Shown here: positions 8,928-18,925 of the stretch, piece by piece
How positions within the stretch are numbered: the first letter of the stretch is position 1
Layout: the number at the start of each line of letters is the position of its first letter
Origin: a bacterium
Lineage (GTDB): Bacteria > Omnitrophota > Gorgyraeia > Zapsychrales > Zapsychraceae
Direction: 5' to 3'
Assembly (NCBI GenBank): GCA_030429765.1
Contig: JAUIER010000003.1
Span: forward strand, 144,402 to 208,401
DNA: 64,000 nt
Program-made: the position numbers and the translations under genes
Notes under the pieces: generated by a model
Told to the model about the DNA's origin: nothing
The model's input: only the letters and a program-made list of their open reading frames with translations
The model's database searches: none

Positions 8928-9722
8928 ATGAACCGAATTGATCAGACGTTCAGCCGATTGAAACAGGATAAACGAAAGGCGTTTATCGCGTACATCACCG
9001 CGGGCGATCCCGATCTTAAGACCACCGAGCAATTGGCGCTGGCGCTGGAACAGTCAGGGGTCGATATCCTGGAACTCGGCGTGCCGTTTTCCGATCCGTT
9101 GGCCGACGGGCCGACCATTCAGGCGGCATCACAGCGCGCGCTGGCCGCGGGGACAACCTTGCCCAAGGTCCTGGATCTCGTCAAAAAGATCCGCCGGACG
9201 TCCAACATGCCGCTGGCGCTGATGATGTATTACAATCAGATTCACAGCTACGGTGAGCAAAAGTTTGTGAAGATGGTCGCCGATTGCGGTGTCGACGGGT
9301 TGATCGTTCCGGATCTTCCCCCGGAAGAGGCCACGGATTTGATCAAATATGCCAAGGCCCATGATGTGTCGACGGTATTTTTTATGGCGCCGACCACCAA
9401 GCCCGAGCGCATGACCAAGATTGCCCGGCATTCCACCGGCTTCATCTATTATGTGTCACTGACCGGGGTGACCGGCGCGCGTCAGGCCATTCCGTCATCG
9501 GTGACCCGCAAGATTCGCGAGGCCAAAAAGATTACCGACAAGCCGATCTGTATCGGATTCGGTATCTCAACCCCTGAGCAGATCCGCACGATGAAAAAGG
9601 TGGCGGATGGTGTGATTGTGGGAAGCGCGATCATCAATCAGATCGTCAAACATGCCGGTCAAAGCGACCTGGTGCCCAAGGTGTCCAAGTTTGTCCGGAC
9701 GTTGAGTCGCGCGCTGGATTAA
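8928..9722 (+). CDS. trpA: Tryptophan synthase alpha chain
   Basis: ELGVPFSDPLADGPTIQ, GVTGAR, GFGIS. Confidence 0.98.
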   Translation: MNRIDQTFSRLKQDKRKAFIAYITAGDPDLKTTEQLALALEQSGVDILELGVPFSDPLADGPTIQAASQRALAAGTTLPKVLDLVKKIRRTSNMPLALMMYYNQIHSYGEQKFVKMVADCGVDGLIVPDLPPEEATDLIKYAKAHDVSTVFFMAPTTKPERMTKIARHSTGFIYYVSLTGVTGARQAIPSSVTRKIREAKKITDKPICIGFGISTPEQIRTMKKVADGVIVGSAIINQIVKHAGQSDLVPKVSKFVRTLSRALD

Positions 9723-9767
9723 ATCAAATTCCCATCAAACCCAGATTTCAGAAACGGAAAATTATTT

Positions 9768-11042
9768 ATGCAAAAAATAGAACGACTCAGTAACGGATTA
9801 CGGATTATCACGCAGAGTATGAAGGACCGCGAGAGCGCGTCGATCGGGATCTGGGTTGGTGTCGGCGGACGTTACGAAGATGACCGGGTCAAAGGCGCCA
9901 CGCATTTTTTGGAACATATCGTCTTTAAGGGCAGCGAGAAATACACCTGCGAGTCGATCAAGGAGAGTATAGAAGGCGTCGGCGGAACGCTCAACGCGTT
10001 TACATCGGAAGAGCAGACCTGCTTTTACGCCAAGATTCCCGCGGCGCATATCAACAAGACATTTGATGTGCTGGCGGATATGGTCTTTTTTCCCAATATC
10101 AAGGCGTCGGATGTCCGCAAAGAACGCACGGTGATCATTGAAGAGATCAAGATGTACCATGACCTGCCGCAGTATTTTGTGCTGGAACTCCTTGATGGAT
10201 TGATCTGGCCTGATCATCCGTTGGGCAAACAGCTGGCCGGGACCATTGATTCGGTGTCGGGGCTCAGTTCCAAGGATCTCAAGCGGTTTCATCATTCGTA
10301 CTACCGGCCGGGTAATATCGCGATATCGGCCTGCGGAAAGATCGATCATGACGCGTTTGTGCGGATGGCCAAACGCAAGCTCGGCAAGATCAAGTCGGAC
10401 GGCGAATTCAATTATCTGCCGATCACCGGTCTGCAGTCCAAGGCGCGGGTGAATTTTTACCGCAAGGACATCGAGCAGATGCATCTGGCGCTGGGCATGC
10501 CCGGTTACGACGAGAATCATCCCGATCGGCACACGCTGGGGTTGCTGAGCATCATCATGGGCGGGAATATGTCGTCGCGGCTGTTTGAAGAGGTGCGGGA
10601 AAAGAAGGGATTGGCCTACTCAATCGGGACCTTGCATAAAACAATGCACGATACCGGCGTGTTTATGGTACGCGCGGGTGTGGATAATCAAAAGATTGTC
10701 AGCGCGGTGGGGTTGATCCTCAAGGAATTCCGTAAGATCCGCAAAAACGGTGTGACGGCCGGCGAATTCAAGCGCGCCAAGGACTATATGCTCGGACAAA
10801 TCCTGCTGGGACTGGAAGATTCGATGGAGCACATGCTCTGGTTAGGCGAATCCATGATCGCCCGCGACCGCGGCCGCAGCATCAAGGATGTGATCAAGGC
10901 GCTCAATAAGATCAAAATTGCGGATATTCAGCGCGTGGCGCGCGATATTCTCGATGAAAAACGCTATAATCTGGCGATTGTCGGGCCGGTAACTGACCAG
11001 CAGGACACAGAGTTACGCAAATTGCTCGATGCGACGGTTTAA
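9768..11042 (+). CDS. M16 (pitrilysin-type) zinc peptidase
   Basis: HFLEH (HxxEH), NAFTS, SSRLFEEVREKKGLAY. Confidence 0.95.
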   Translation: MQKIERLSNGLRIITQSMKDRESASIGIWVGVGGRYEDDRVKGATHFLEHIVFKGSEKYTCESIKESIEGVGGTLNAFTSEEQTCFYAKIPAAHINKTFDVLADMVFFPNIKASDVRKERTVIIEEIKMYHDLPQYFVLELLDGLIWPDHPLGKQLAGTIDSVSGLSSKDLKRFHHSYYRPGNIAISACGKIDHDAFVRMAKRKLGKIKSDGEFNYLPITGLQSKARVNFYRKDIEQMHLALGMPGYDENHPDRHTLGLLSIIMGGNMSSRLFEEVREKKGLAYSIGTLHKTMHDTGVFMVRAGVDNQKIVSAVGLILKEFRKIRKNGVTAGEFKRAKDYMLGQILLGLEDSMEHMLWLGESMIARDRGRSIKDVIKALNKIKIADIQRVARDILDEKRYNLAIVGPVTDQQDTELRKLLDATV

Positions 11043-11056
11043 GCCCCAATTTACAA

Positions 11057-11085
11057 TTGACAACGGAATCCATATCCGTTAGACT
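11057..11085 (+). promoter_or_regulatory. Sigma70-type promoter with internal inverted repeat
   Basis: TTGACA-17nt-TAGACT; AACGGA-N7-TCCGTT (11062-11080) spans the spacer. Confidence 0.7.
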
Positions 11086-11124
11086 CAAAATAACTCTAAT
11101 CATCTTGAACAAGAAGGAGAACCA

Positions 11125-11298
11125 ATGGCCGAAGAATTATCATTTTACGATGTAAAAACCAAGTCAAAATTCAATTCTTCTGATTACGAAGTCCGTGAAA
11201 AGAGCGGACGCTTTTTTGCTGTCACTAAATCTCCTCAAGGAACTCACGAATGCTGGCGAGTTCTGGGTAAAGATCAAGCTGCAAAATTAAAGAAATAA
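11125..11298 (+). CDS. 57-aa small basic protein, CC1-like putative chromatin protein (missing from ORF track)
   Basis: RBS AAGGAG; MAEELSFYDVKTKSKFNSSDYEVREKSGRFFAVTKSPQGTHECWRVLGKDQAAKLKK. Confidence 0.8.
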   Translation: MAEELSFYDVKTKSKFNSSDYEVREKSGRFFAVTKSPQGTHECWRVLGKDQAAKLKK

Positions 11299-11398
11299 GC
11301 CCTCAAATGCCTCTTTGCGCGGGACATCATCTTCGCATGGATGGCTTTCGACATAGGCCTGAATACGCCGAAATTACGTTTCAAGAAGGAATCCTGCT

Positions 11399-11779
11399 AT
11401 AAAAAAAGTTTCACTTACTTCTAGAACCATTGCCAAGAAAATTGCAGAATTCGCAGATGATAAGAAAGCGATCGATATCGTCGTCCTGGACATGCGTCAG
11501 CTTGTCAATTTCTGCGACTATTTTGTCGTTTGTTCCGGAAACACCGACCGGCAGGTCAAGGCGATTGCCGACGGGATAGACGAAGGTTTATACGGACTGG
11601 GTATCAAGCTGGGATCCAAAAACGCGGTCAAGCAATCCGACTGGGTTGTATTTGACACCGGGGATATTGTGATTCACGTGTTTGCCAAAAAGACACGTGA
11701 ATTTTACAATCTGGAGTACCTGTGGCAGGATGCCAAACCGGTCAAGTGGCGGAAGGAACCGCGCACACCGTCCGACTAA
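11399..11779 (+). CDS. rsfS: Ribosome silencing factor RsfS (Iojap); probable non-canonical ATA start
   Basis: ADDKKAIDIVVLD...DYFVVCSG..RQV.AI...WVVFD.GDIVIHVF...REFYNLEYLW. The conserved N-terminus lies upstream of the first ATG (11492). Confidence 0.9.
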   Translation: MKKVSLTSRTIAKKIAEFADDKKAIDIVVLDMRQLVNFCDYFVVCSGNTDRQVKAIADGIDEGLYGLGIKLGSKNAVKQSDWVVFDTGDIVIHVFAKKTREFYNLEYLWQDAKPVKWRKEPRTPSD

Positions 11780-11870
11780 AACCTCGGAACCAAATTTTTA
11801 AATCGTATTATGGTCGCAAGTGTCACATGCCCCGCTCTGCAGGCGGATGTGTACGCTTGTGATTTTTTAT

Positions 11871-13598
11871 ATGTTATCGACCTACAAAGACAACATTCAG
11901 GAATTCATCCAATCGACGCTTCAGGCGTCGTTTCCCGACGTGGCCGAATGGCCGGCCATTGAACTCGAGGTGCCGGCGGACAAAAAGCACGGACATTTTT
12001 CGTGCAATATCGCACTGCGTTGCGCCAAACCGCTTCGCAAGGCCCCGCCGGTGATCGCCGCGGATTTTGTCGGCGCGCTGGAACAGGCCCTCAACGGATC
12101 TAATCTCAACCACATTATTGACAAGATCGAGGTCAAGAATCCCGGATTCATCAACTTTTTTCTGACCAGTCAGTCACTCACTGCGACGATCGCTGAGATT
12201 TATGCGCAGGGGGAGGCGTTTGGTCAGGTTGATATCGGTCAGGGACGCAAGATCGGAATTGAGTTTGTCAGCGCTAATCCGACCGGACCGTTAAGCATCG
12301 CGCACGCGCGACAAGCGGCGGTGGGAGACGCGCTTGGAAATATCCTCAAGGCCATCGGATTTGACGTGACCAAAGAATACTACGTCAATGACGGCGGCAA
12401 TCAGATCCGTATGCTCGGTCAGTCACTGAAACTGCGAATGCTGGAGATGGTCCAGCCGGATACGGAGTTTCCCGAGGATTGCTATCAAGGCGAATACATG
12501 AAGGATATCGCGCGGGGGGTGTTTGAGTTTAAAGATCAGGTCACCGAGAAGACGCTCGCCGAGCTCAGCGATTGCCAGGCGGATATTTCCGCGTTTGACA
12601 CAGATTTTGTGAACGGCTATTCGGATGAGCAGTTTCAGGATTGGTCCAAGTCGTTGATCATGGACGATATCAAAAAAGACCTGGCGGATTTCAATGTGCA
12701 TTTTGATGTGTGGTCCCTGGAGTCTGAGGTCGCCTCACCGGAAAAGATCGTGGGATTGATCGAACGTCTCACGGCGGACGGGTATCTCTACGAAAAAGAC
12801 GGCGCGTTATGGTTTAAATCAACAGACTTCGGCGACGACAAGGATCGGGTGATCCGTAAATCAGACAGCACATATACGTATCTAACGCCGGACATTGTGT
12901 ACCATAAAAACAAATTTGAGCGCGGGTTTGATCAGGTGATCGATATTCTCGGCCCGGACCATCACGGATACATCGCGCGGATCAAGGCGTCGGCGCAGGC
13001 GCTGGGACGGCAGGCCGATGACCTGCAGGTCTTGATTGTGCAGTTAGCGACCATTTTCCGCGACGGGCAGGCTGTGTCGATGTCGACACGCCGCGGGCAG
13101 TATGTGAGCCTGCGGGAGATCCTCGACGAGGTCGGGGCCGACGTGGCCCGCTATTTCTTCCTGATGCGTCATATCAAGGCCCATCTGGAATTTGATCTGG
13201 AACTGGCCAAGAAAGAATCCTCGGAGAATCCGGTGTATTACATTCAGTATGCGTACGCCCGGATTAACAGTATCAACAAGAAGGCGTCGGAATCTGAGAT
13301 CGACTTGGAACGTCAGGATTTTTCCCGATTGTCGACCGAAGAAGAGCTGGATCTGGCCAAGCAGTTGGGTGGATACAGCGACGCGTTGGCGTATTGCCAT
13401 CAGCAATTGGATCCGTATCCGCTGGTCAATTATCTATTCGAGCTGGCCACGGTGTTTCACAAATTTTATGACCGGCAGCGTGTCATCGACAGCGACACGC
13501 AGTTGTCCGCGCAGCGGCTGGGGCTGGTCAATGCCGTCAAGACCGTGTTAGGGAACGGATTGGCTTTGCTGGGAATCAGCCGGCCGGACTCGATGTAG
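11871..13598 (+). CDS. argS: Arginine--tRNA ligase
   Basis: EFVSANPTGPL, FGDDKDRV, MSTRRG, NPVYYIQYAYAR. Confidence 0.97.
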   Translation: MLSTYKDNIQEFIQSTLQASFPDVAEWPAIELEVPADKKHGHFSCNIALRCAKPLRKAPPVIAADFVGALEQALNGSNLNHIIDKIEVKNPGFINFFLTSQSLTATIAEIYAQGEAFGQVDIGQGRKIGIEFVSANPTGPLSIAHARQAAVGDALGNILKAIGFDVTKEYYVNDGGNQIRMLGQSLKLRMLEMVQPDTEFPEDCYQGEYMKDIARGVFEFKDQVTEKTLAELSDCQADISAFDTDFVNGYSDEQFQDWSKSLIMDDIKKDLADFNVHFDVWSLESEVASPEKIVGLIERLTADGYLYEKDGALWFKSTDFGDDKDRVIRKSDSTYTYLTPDIVYHKNKFERGFDQVIDILGPDHHGYIARIKASAQALGRQADDLQVLIVQLATIFRDGQAVSMSTRRGQYVSLREILDEVGADVARYFFLMRHIKAHLEFDLELAKKESSENPVYYIQYAYARINSINKKASESEIDLERQDFSRLSTEEELDLAKQLGGYSDALAYCHQQLDPYPLVNYLFELATVFHKFYDRQRVIDSDTQLSAQRLGLVNAVKTVLGNGLALLGISRPDSM

Positions 13599-13615
13599 TC
13601 AGGAGTTGCACGTTT

Positions 13616-15301
13616 ATGCAAAAAGAATGGGTTATCAAACTGCCACACCCAAGGAATCAAATCCTCCTCGCGGACGCCCTGAACGTCCATCCGATCATCG
13701 CCCAATTACTCGTTAATCGTTCCATTCAAGAAGTTGGCACCGCGCGGGATTTCCTCGCGCCTAGCCTGACATTGCTGCATGATCCGATGCGGTTTAAAGA
13801 TATGGCCAAGGCCGTCGACCGTATCCGTCAGGCGGCGTCTGAAAAGCAAAAAGTCCTGATCTTCGGGGATTATGATGTTGATGGCGTGACGTCATCGGTG
13901 ATCCTCAATAAAGTGCTGAAATCGATGGGCATTGACGTGGTACATCACATTCCGCATCGTATGACCGATGGCTACGGCCTCAATCACGACATTGCCGATG
14001 TGGCGCGGGAGCAGGGCGTGGCGTTGATTATCACGATTGATTGCGGTGTCACGGCGTTTGACGAGGTAGAGACGATTCGTAGTCAAGGGATTGATGTGAT
14101 CGTGATCGATCACCACGAACCGTCGGAGGGACGATTGCCGGACGCGACGGCGATTATCGATCCAAAACAGGCGGATTGTGATTATCCATTTAATGAATTG
14201 GCGTCGGTGGGCTTGGCGTATAAGCTGGCGCAGGTCTTGGCGCCCGAGATCTGTGATGAGGTGTTGGATTTTGTGGCGTTGGGAACCGTGGCGGATGTGG
14301 CGCCATTGGTCGATGAAAACCGGATATTAGTGAAGGCCGGACTCAAGCAGATCCTCAAGACCCGTAACAAGGGACTCAGGGCCTTGCTGCAGGCCACCAA
14401 GATGAAACGCAAACCCATCACACCGTTTCATATCGGTTTCGTGTTGGGGCCGCGGATCAATGCCGCCGGCCGGATGGATTCGGCGCTGACGGCCCTGAAT
14501 TTGTTCTTGTCCGACGACGAACGTGAGGCGTATTCGTTGGCCATGGAATTGGAGTCATATAATTACGACCGGCAGAAGATGCAGAACAATACCATTTCCG
14601 AGGCGATGGAGATCGTCGAGGCGCAAATCCAGCAGACCGATTCAAAGATCATTGTCCTGAATAAAGAAGGATGGCATAAAGGCGTGCTGGGGATTGTCGC
14701 ATCACGCCTGACCGATAAATACTATCGTCCGTCGGTGGTGATTTCAACGGAGAACGGAGTGGGTACGGCTTCATGCCGTTCAATTGACGGATTTCATATT
14801 CAGCAGGCCCTGGAGCAGTGTCAGGAGGTGCTGGAAAATTTCGGCGGACATGAGGGCGCGGCGGGGCTGACCATTCAGGAGAATCAAATTGATCCGTTTC
14901 GCAAAATGATCAATGATATCGCGCAGTCGACCTTAGAGATCAGAAAACTCACGCCCAAGATTTATATCGATTGCGAGATTCCGGTTAACCAGGTGGATCT
15001 GAGTTTGGCGAATACCGTCGAGCAGCTGCAACCCTTCGGGGAAGGGAACGCGGTGCCGGTTTTTTGTTCGCGACGATTGGTGGTTAAAAGCTATCCGCAG
15101 ATCCTGGGTAAGGGGACGCTGAAGTTTTGGGTGGAACGGGATGATCAGCCGATCTCAGCGATCGGATTTGGCATGGAGCGTTTTGCCGATATGATCAGTC
15201 CGGGGCGGCAGATTGATATGGCCTACGAGATCTCTATTGATGATTGGAACAAGGCGCCGGAAGCGCAGCTGCGGATCAAAGATATCAAAAGCAGTACATA
15301 A
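13616..15301 (+). CDS. recJ: ssDNA exonuclease RecJ
   Basis: GDYDVDG, DHH, GTVAD, PRINAAGR, GGH.GAAG. Confidence 0.97.
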   Translation: MQKEWVIKLPHPRNQILLADALNVHPIIAQLLVNRSIQEVGTARDFLAPSLTLLHDPMRFKDMAKAVDRIRQAASEKQKVLIFGDYDVDGVTSSVILNKVLKSMGIDVVHHIPHRMTDGYGLNHDIADVAREQGVALIITIDCGVTAFDEVETIRSQGIDVIVIDHHEPSEGRLPDATAIIDPKQADCDYPFNELASVGLAYKLAQVLAPEICDEVLDFVALGTVADVAPLVDENRILVKAGLKQILKTRNKGLRALLQATKMKRKPITPFHIGFVLGPRINAAGRMDSALTALNLFLSDDEREAYSLAMELESYNYDRQKMQNNTISEAMEIVEAQIQQTDSKIIVLNKEGWHKGVLGIVASRLTDKYYRPSVVISTENGVGTASCRSIDGFHIQQALEQCQEVLENFGGHEGAAGLTIQENQIDPFRKMINDIAQSTLEIRKLTPKIYIDCEIPVNQVDLSLANTVEQLQPFGEGNAVPVFCSRRLVVKSYPQILGKGTLKFWVERDDQPISAIGFGMERFADMISPGRQIDMAYEISIDDWNKAPEAQLRIKDIKSST

Positions 15302-15304
15302 AAA

Positions 15305-15340
15305 TAGACACACCGTTTGAGGTGTGTCTAAATTTTATTT
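15305..15340. terminator. Bidirectional intrinsic terminator between convergent recJ and rpmB
   Basis: TAGACACACC-6nt-GGTGTGTCTA perfect stem with A/T-rich flanks. Confidence 0.75.
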
Positions 15341-15394
15341 TGCTGAAATGTAATGAAATTTTTAAGCGGGACGAATTCAGGTCAGGATCGACGA

Positions 15395-15622
15395 TTAAGC
15401 TTTAACGATCTTGCCTTTTTGAATACAACTGACACAAACATGTTCACGTTTGATCGTGCCGTTCAGGTTGATCTTGATGCGCTGAAGGTTCGGGTAGAAT
15501 CGACGTAATGTCTTACCGATAATCTTGGAACCCGCACCACCTGTACGTTTGATTTGTCCGCGTCGTTTATATTTGTTGCCCGGTTGGGCGCCTTTTGAAC
15601 AGATTACACAAACTTTTGCCAT
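15395..15622 (-). CDS. rpmB: 50S ribosomal protein L28 (Zn-binding form)
   Basis: MAKVCVIC.K...GN...RRFYPNLQ...VCVSCI. Confidence 0.95.
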   Translation of the reverse strand: MAKVCVICSKGAQPGNKYKRRGQIKRTGGAGSKIIGKTLRRFYPNLQRIKINLNGTIKREHVCVSCIQKGKIVKA

Positions 15623-15660
15623 TTCCAAATCCTTTGCTAGTCTTACGTTTTGAATATAAG

Positions 15661-15688
15661 AGTATAATTAAAATCACAGGATTGTCAA
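15661..15688 (-). promoter_or_regulatory. Sigma70-type promoter for rpmB
   Basis: TTGACA-16nt-TATACT on minus strand. Confidence 0.55.
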
Positions 15689-15762
15689 GGTTAAATTTGC
15701 ATGGTGGGTTGATCGCCTAACATGCTCGTATATATAAGATTACATCCAAAAAGGAGATTCGC

Positions 15763-17502
15763 ATGAATGCCGCCGATACAGTGTCAGTTGATTTTGAGCA
15801 GTTGAAACCCTATTCCCCGCGGTCCTTTGTCCCGGCGGACGCCGATTTGACGGATTTGGACACCGTGGTGGGCTTGTTCAAGCTGCTGATCGCCGCCCCG
15901 GTGAATTCGGCCGCACAGTTCGAACAATGGATCCTGAACCGCTCGGAATTGGAGGCGGCGCTGGACCAGGCCGGATCGATCCTGTACATTCGTATGACCT
16001 GCCAGACAGATAACGAAGAGCGGGCCAACGCGTTCACCGCGTTTATCCAGACCATCTCGCCGGCCGTCAAACCACTGGACGATCAGCTCAATCACCGCTT
16101 TATCGAGCTCAACAAACAATACTCACTCGACGCGGACCGCTACCGTATCTACGCGCGGGGCATTCAGGCCGCAATCGAACTCTTTGACGAGCGCAATGTG
16201 GAATTGCAAAAGCAGGTCGATTTGTTGTCGCAGGAATATCAAAAGATCTGCGGCTCGATGTCGGTTGACTTTCAGGGGCGTGAACACACGATGCCCGAGA
16301 TGTCAAAGTATCTGCTGGAGCTTGACCGGGATTTGCGGGAACAGGCCTGGCGGGCATCGGCCGATCGTCGTCTGAAGGACAAGGACAAGCTTGAGGAATT
16401 ATTCGACAAGATGCTCAAGCTGCGGCATCAAATTGCCCTGAATGCGGGCTGTGAAAACTTTATGGAATACAAGTTCCGTCAGCTGCAGCGTTTTGACTAC
16501 ACGCCGGCGGACTGTAAACAATATCACCAAACGGTAGAACAAGTGGTGGTGCCGGTCTGGCGCAAGGTGTTGGAGCGGCGCAAACAACGGATGAAACTGG
16601 ATCCGCTACGTCCCTGGGACGGGGCCGTTGATCCGCTGGGCCGCACGCCGCTCAAGCCTTTTGAGCAAGTTTCGGATTTGATCAGCAAGACTCAGCGCAT
16701 GTTTGCCAAGGTTGATCCGAATTTCGGTGAGCAATTCGCGCATATGGCGTCCAAAGGGCTGCTGGATCTGGCGTCCCGTAAAGGCAAGGCCCCGGGTGGA
16801 TATCAAAGCGCGCTGGATGAGTCCCGCGAACCGTTTATCTTTATGAACGCGGTCGGCACAGATTCGGATGTCAACACATTGCTGCATGAGGGCGGACACG
16901 CGTTTCATTCGATCGCCTGCGCGCATGACGAGATCAAGGATTACCGTCACGCGCCGATGGAGTTTTGCGAGGTGGCGTCGATGGCCATGGAGCTGCTGGC
17001 CCGTGAATATATGGAAGAGTTTTATTCCGCGGATGACAAGCAACGGTCGATTCAGGATCATCTTGAAGATATCATCTTCATTCTTCCGTGGGTGGCCACG
17101 ATCGACAGTTTTCAGCATTGGATCTATGAAAATCCGGATCACACCCCGGAACAGCGGCGGCAGAAATGGATTGAAACGTATCGACGGTTCAGTTCGGGTG
17201 TGACGGATTGGTCGGGGCTGGAGGAGCAGGAGGCCTATCTGTGGCATCGGCAGCTGCATATCTTCGAAGTGCCGTTTTATTATATTGAGTACGGCATCGC
17301 CCAGTTGGGGGCGCTGCAGGTGTGGCGTAACGCGCAATCGGATTGGTCCGGGGCGATCGACAAATACAAACAGGGACTGGCGCTCGGCGGATCACGGTCG
17401 GTGACGGAAATCTACGAAGCGGCGGGTATCAAGTTTGATTTTTCCCGTGAGATCATCGAACCGCTGATTGACGCCGTACGTTCCAAGATCGATTTGGCCT
17501 AA
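15763..17502 (+). CDS. M3 family oligoendopeptidase (PepF-like)
   Basis: HEGGH, EFCEVASMAME, HIFEVPFYYIEY. Confidence 0.93.
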   Translation: MNAADTVSVDFEQLKPYSPRSFVPADADLTDLDTVVGLFKLLIAAPVNSAAQFEQWILNRSELEAALDQAGSILYIRMTCQTDNEERANAFTAFIQTISPAVKPLDDQLNHRFIELNKQYSLDADRYRIYARGIQAAIELFDERNVELQKQVDLLSQEYQKICGSMSVDFQGREHTMPEMSKYLLELDRDLREQAWRASADRRLKDKDKLEELFDKMLKLRHQIALNAGCENFMEYKFRQLQRFDYTPADCKQYHQTVEQVVVPVWRKVLERRKQRMKLDPLRPWDGAVDPLGRTPLKPFEQVSDLISKTQRMFAKVDPNFGEQFAHMASKGLLDLASRKGKAPGGYQSALDESREPFIFMNAVGTDSDVNTLLHEGGHAFHSIACAHDEIKDYRHAPMEFCEVASMAMELLAREYMEEFYSADDKQRSIQDHLEDIIFILPWVATIDSFQHWIYENPDHTPEQRRQKWIETYRRFSSGVTDWSGLEEQEAYLWHRQLHIFEVPFYYIEYGIAQLGALQVWRNAQSDWSGAIDKYKQGLALGGSRSVTEIYEAAGIKFDFSREIIEPLIDAVRSKIDLA

Positions 17503-17588
17503 AATATCTGAGTTTTTGGTTTCCGCTCCAGGGGTTTTGGTATATCATACACGTAAATAAGATGAACAAGAGTTGAGAGGTGTATGTG

Positions 17589-18143
17589 ATGAAATTCAAA
17601 ACAATCAGTTTGGGAATCCTAATTGTGATGCTCTGTGTCACTGCTCATGCCATGTCTGGTATGGTCTCGACTCCTGAGACCGTCGCTCAATTGAAGAAAG
17701 ATTTGAGAGAGGGTCACGTACGTATCGGCAAAACCCGTCTACATGAGGTGGTAAATACATACGGCAAAGCGGCAACGATCACAGACGACGAACGTCGAAT
17801 ATTGTTTGAGTACGATGATCTGCGTCTCGAATTTATCAAACGCAGGCTCTGGAAGTCATGGGGGTACGACAGTTTTCGTAAACCGGTTTATACTAATGAT
17901 GTAGACGATTTACGCTTTGATCTCGAAAGCGAGGAGTTGGTGGGCGGCAACATCACCGCGGCCAACATCCGCAAGGACTATGGAGAGCCCACCGAGATGA
18001 TCCAGTCCGATGTGGACGGAGAGAAGACGATTTACTATTACGGCGACATTCGTCTCGTATTTGAAAACAATTTCGTCGTCCGCAGCTGGCGGGCGCAGAA
18101 TCTGTCGGAGCAGGAAACTTCCGGCGTCCTGCAGGGAAAATAA
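17589..18143 (+). CDS. Exported hypothetical protein with two internal repeats
   Basis: Signal peptide (TAHA); repeats YGKA...YDDLRLEF and YGEP...YGDIRLVF. Confidence 0.75.
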   Translation: MKFKTISLGILIVMLCVTAHAMSGMVSTPETVAQLKKDLREGHVRIGKTRLHEVVNTYGKAATITDDERRILFEYDDLRLEFIKRRLWKSWGYDSFRKPVYTNDVDDLRFDLESEELVGGNITAANIRKDYGEPTEMIQSDVDGEKTIYYYGDIRLVFENNFVVRSWRAQNLSEQETSGVLQGK

Positions 18144-18160
18144 GGCCCATTTCAGACCTG

Positions 18161-18190
18161 AAGCCCGCTCATTCCATGGGCGGGCTTTTG
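18161..18190 (+). terminator. Possible intrinsic terminator
   Basis: AAGCCCGC...GCGGGCTTTT. Confidence 0.55.
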
Positions 18191-18257
18191 TCGCTTGATA
18201 TTCCTATCCGTAAGATATACAATAAGATATACGTTAATTGTTAAAAAGGAGCTGTAG

Positions 18258-18905
18258 ATGGATACACGCAAATATATATCAGCGATCATGATGCTTGCCG
18301 CCGCGCTATTTCTCACTGCTGATGTCCAGGCGCAGAATATCGAGAACCGTGTCAATGCCCTGGAAGAATATGTAGAGACATTTCAACCCACCCTTATCGA
18401 GTTTTCCGAAGAACTTCAAAACAATATCCAAAAATACACCAAAGGTCTTGAGCAGAGTCTGCAGAACTACTCGGATCAGCTGCAGGAACAGCTCAACACC
18501 CAAATGAAGTCATTGGACAAGAAAATGATTGTACTGGACCTCAATAATCCGGCGTTTCAAAGCATTGAGTCCAATGCCGGAAACTTTCTGATCTCGGTTG
18601 ACCGAGTTGAAAAATTGCCTACCGGTGAATATCGGGTGTATATGAACATCGGAAACTACAATTACGCCGACTACAAGGGATTCAAGATCAAGCTGTTATG
18701 GGGAACCAAATTTTATCCTGGATACGCGCAGAAAGTCGAGGAGTGGCGCGAAACACTGACCGGGGCGGAATATACTTTTGAAGGCTATATCCGAAAGGGT
18801 GTCTGGAATCAGGTGGAGATTGATATCAAGGCGCCTGACACGTCAGTATTGGCGTATGTCGAGATGGAGCTGGCCGTTATGTCCGTCGAGCTCAAGGCCA
18901 ATTAG
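18258..18905 (+). CDS. Exported hypothetical protein (coiled coil plus beta domain)
   Basis: RBS AAGGAG, signal peptide (VQA), heptad segment. Confidence 0.75.
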   Translation: MDTRKYISAIMMLAAALFLTADVQAQNIENRVNALEEYVETFQPTLIEFSEELQNNIQKYTKGLEQSLQNYSDQLQEQLNTQMKSLDKKMIVLDLNNPAFQSIESNAGNFLISVDRVEKLPTGEYRVYMNIGNYNYADYKGFKIKLLWGTKFYPGYAQKVEEWRETLTGAEYTFEGYIRKGVWNQVEIDIKAPDTSVLAYVEMELAVMSVELKAN

Positions 18906-18925
18906 CACACCGCGGATGACCGTTT

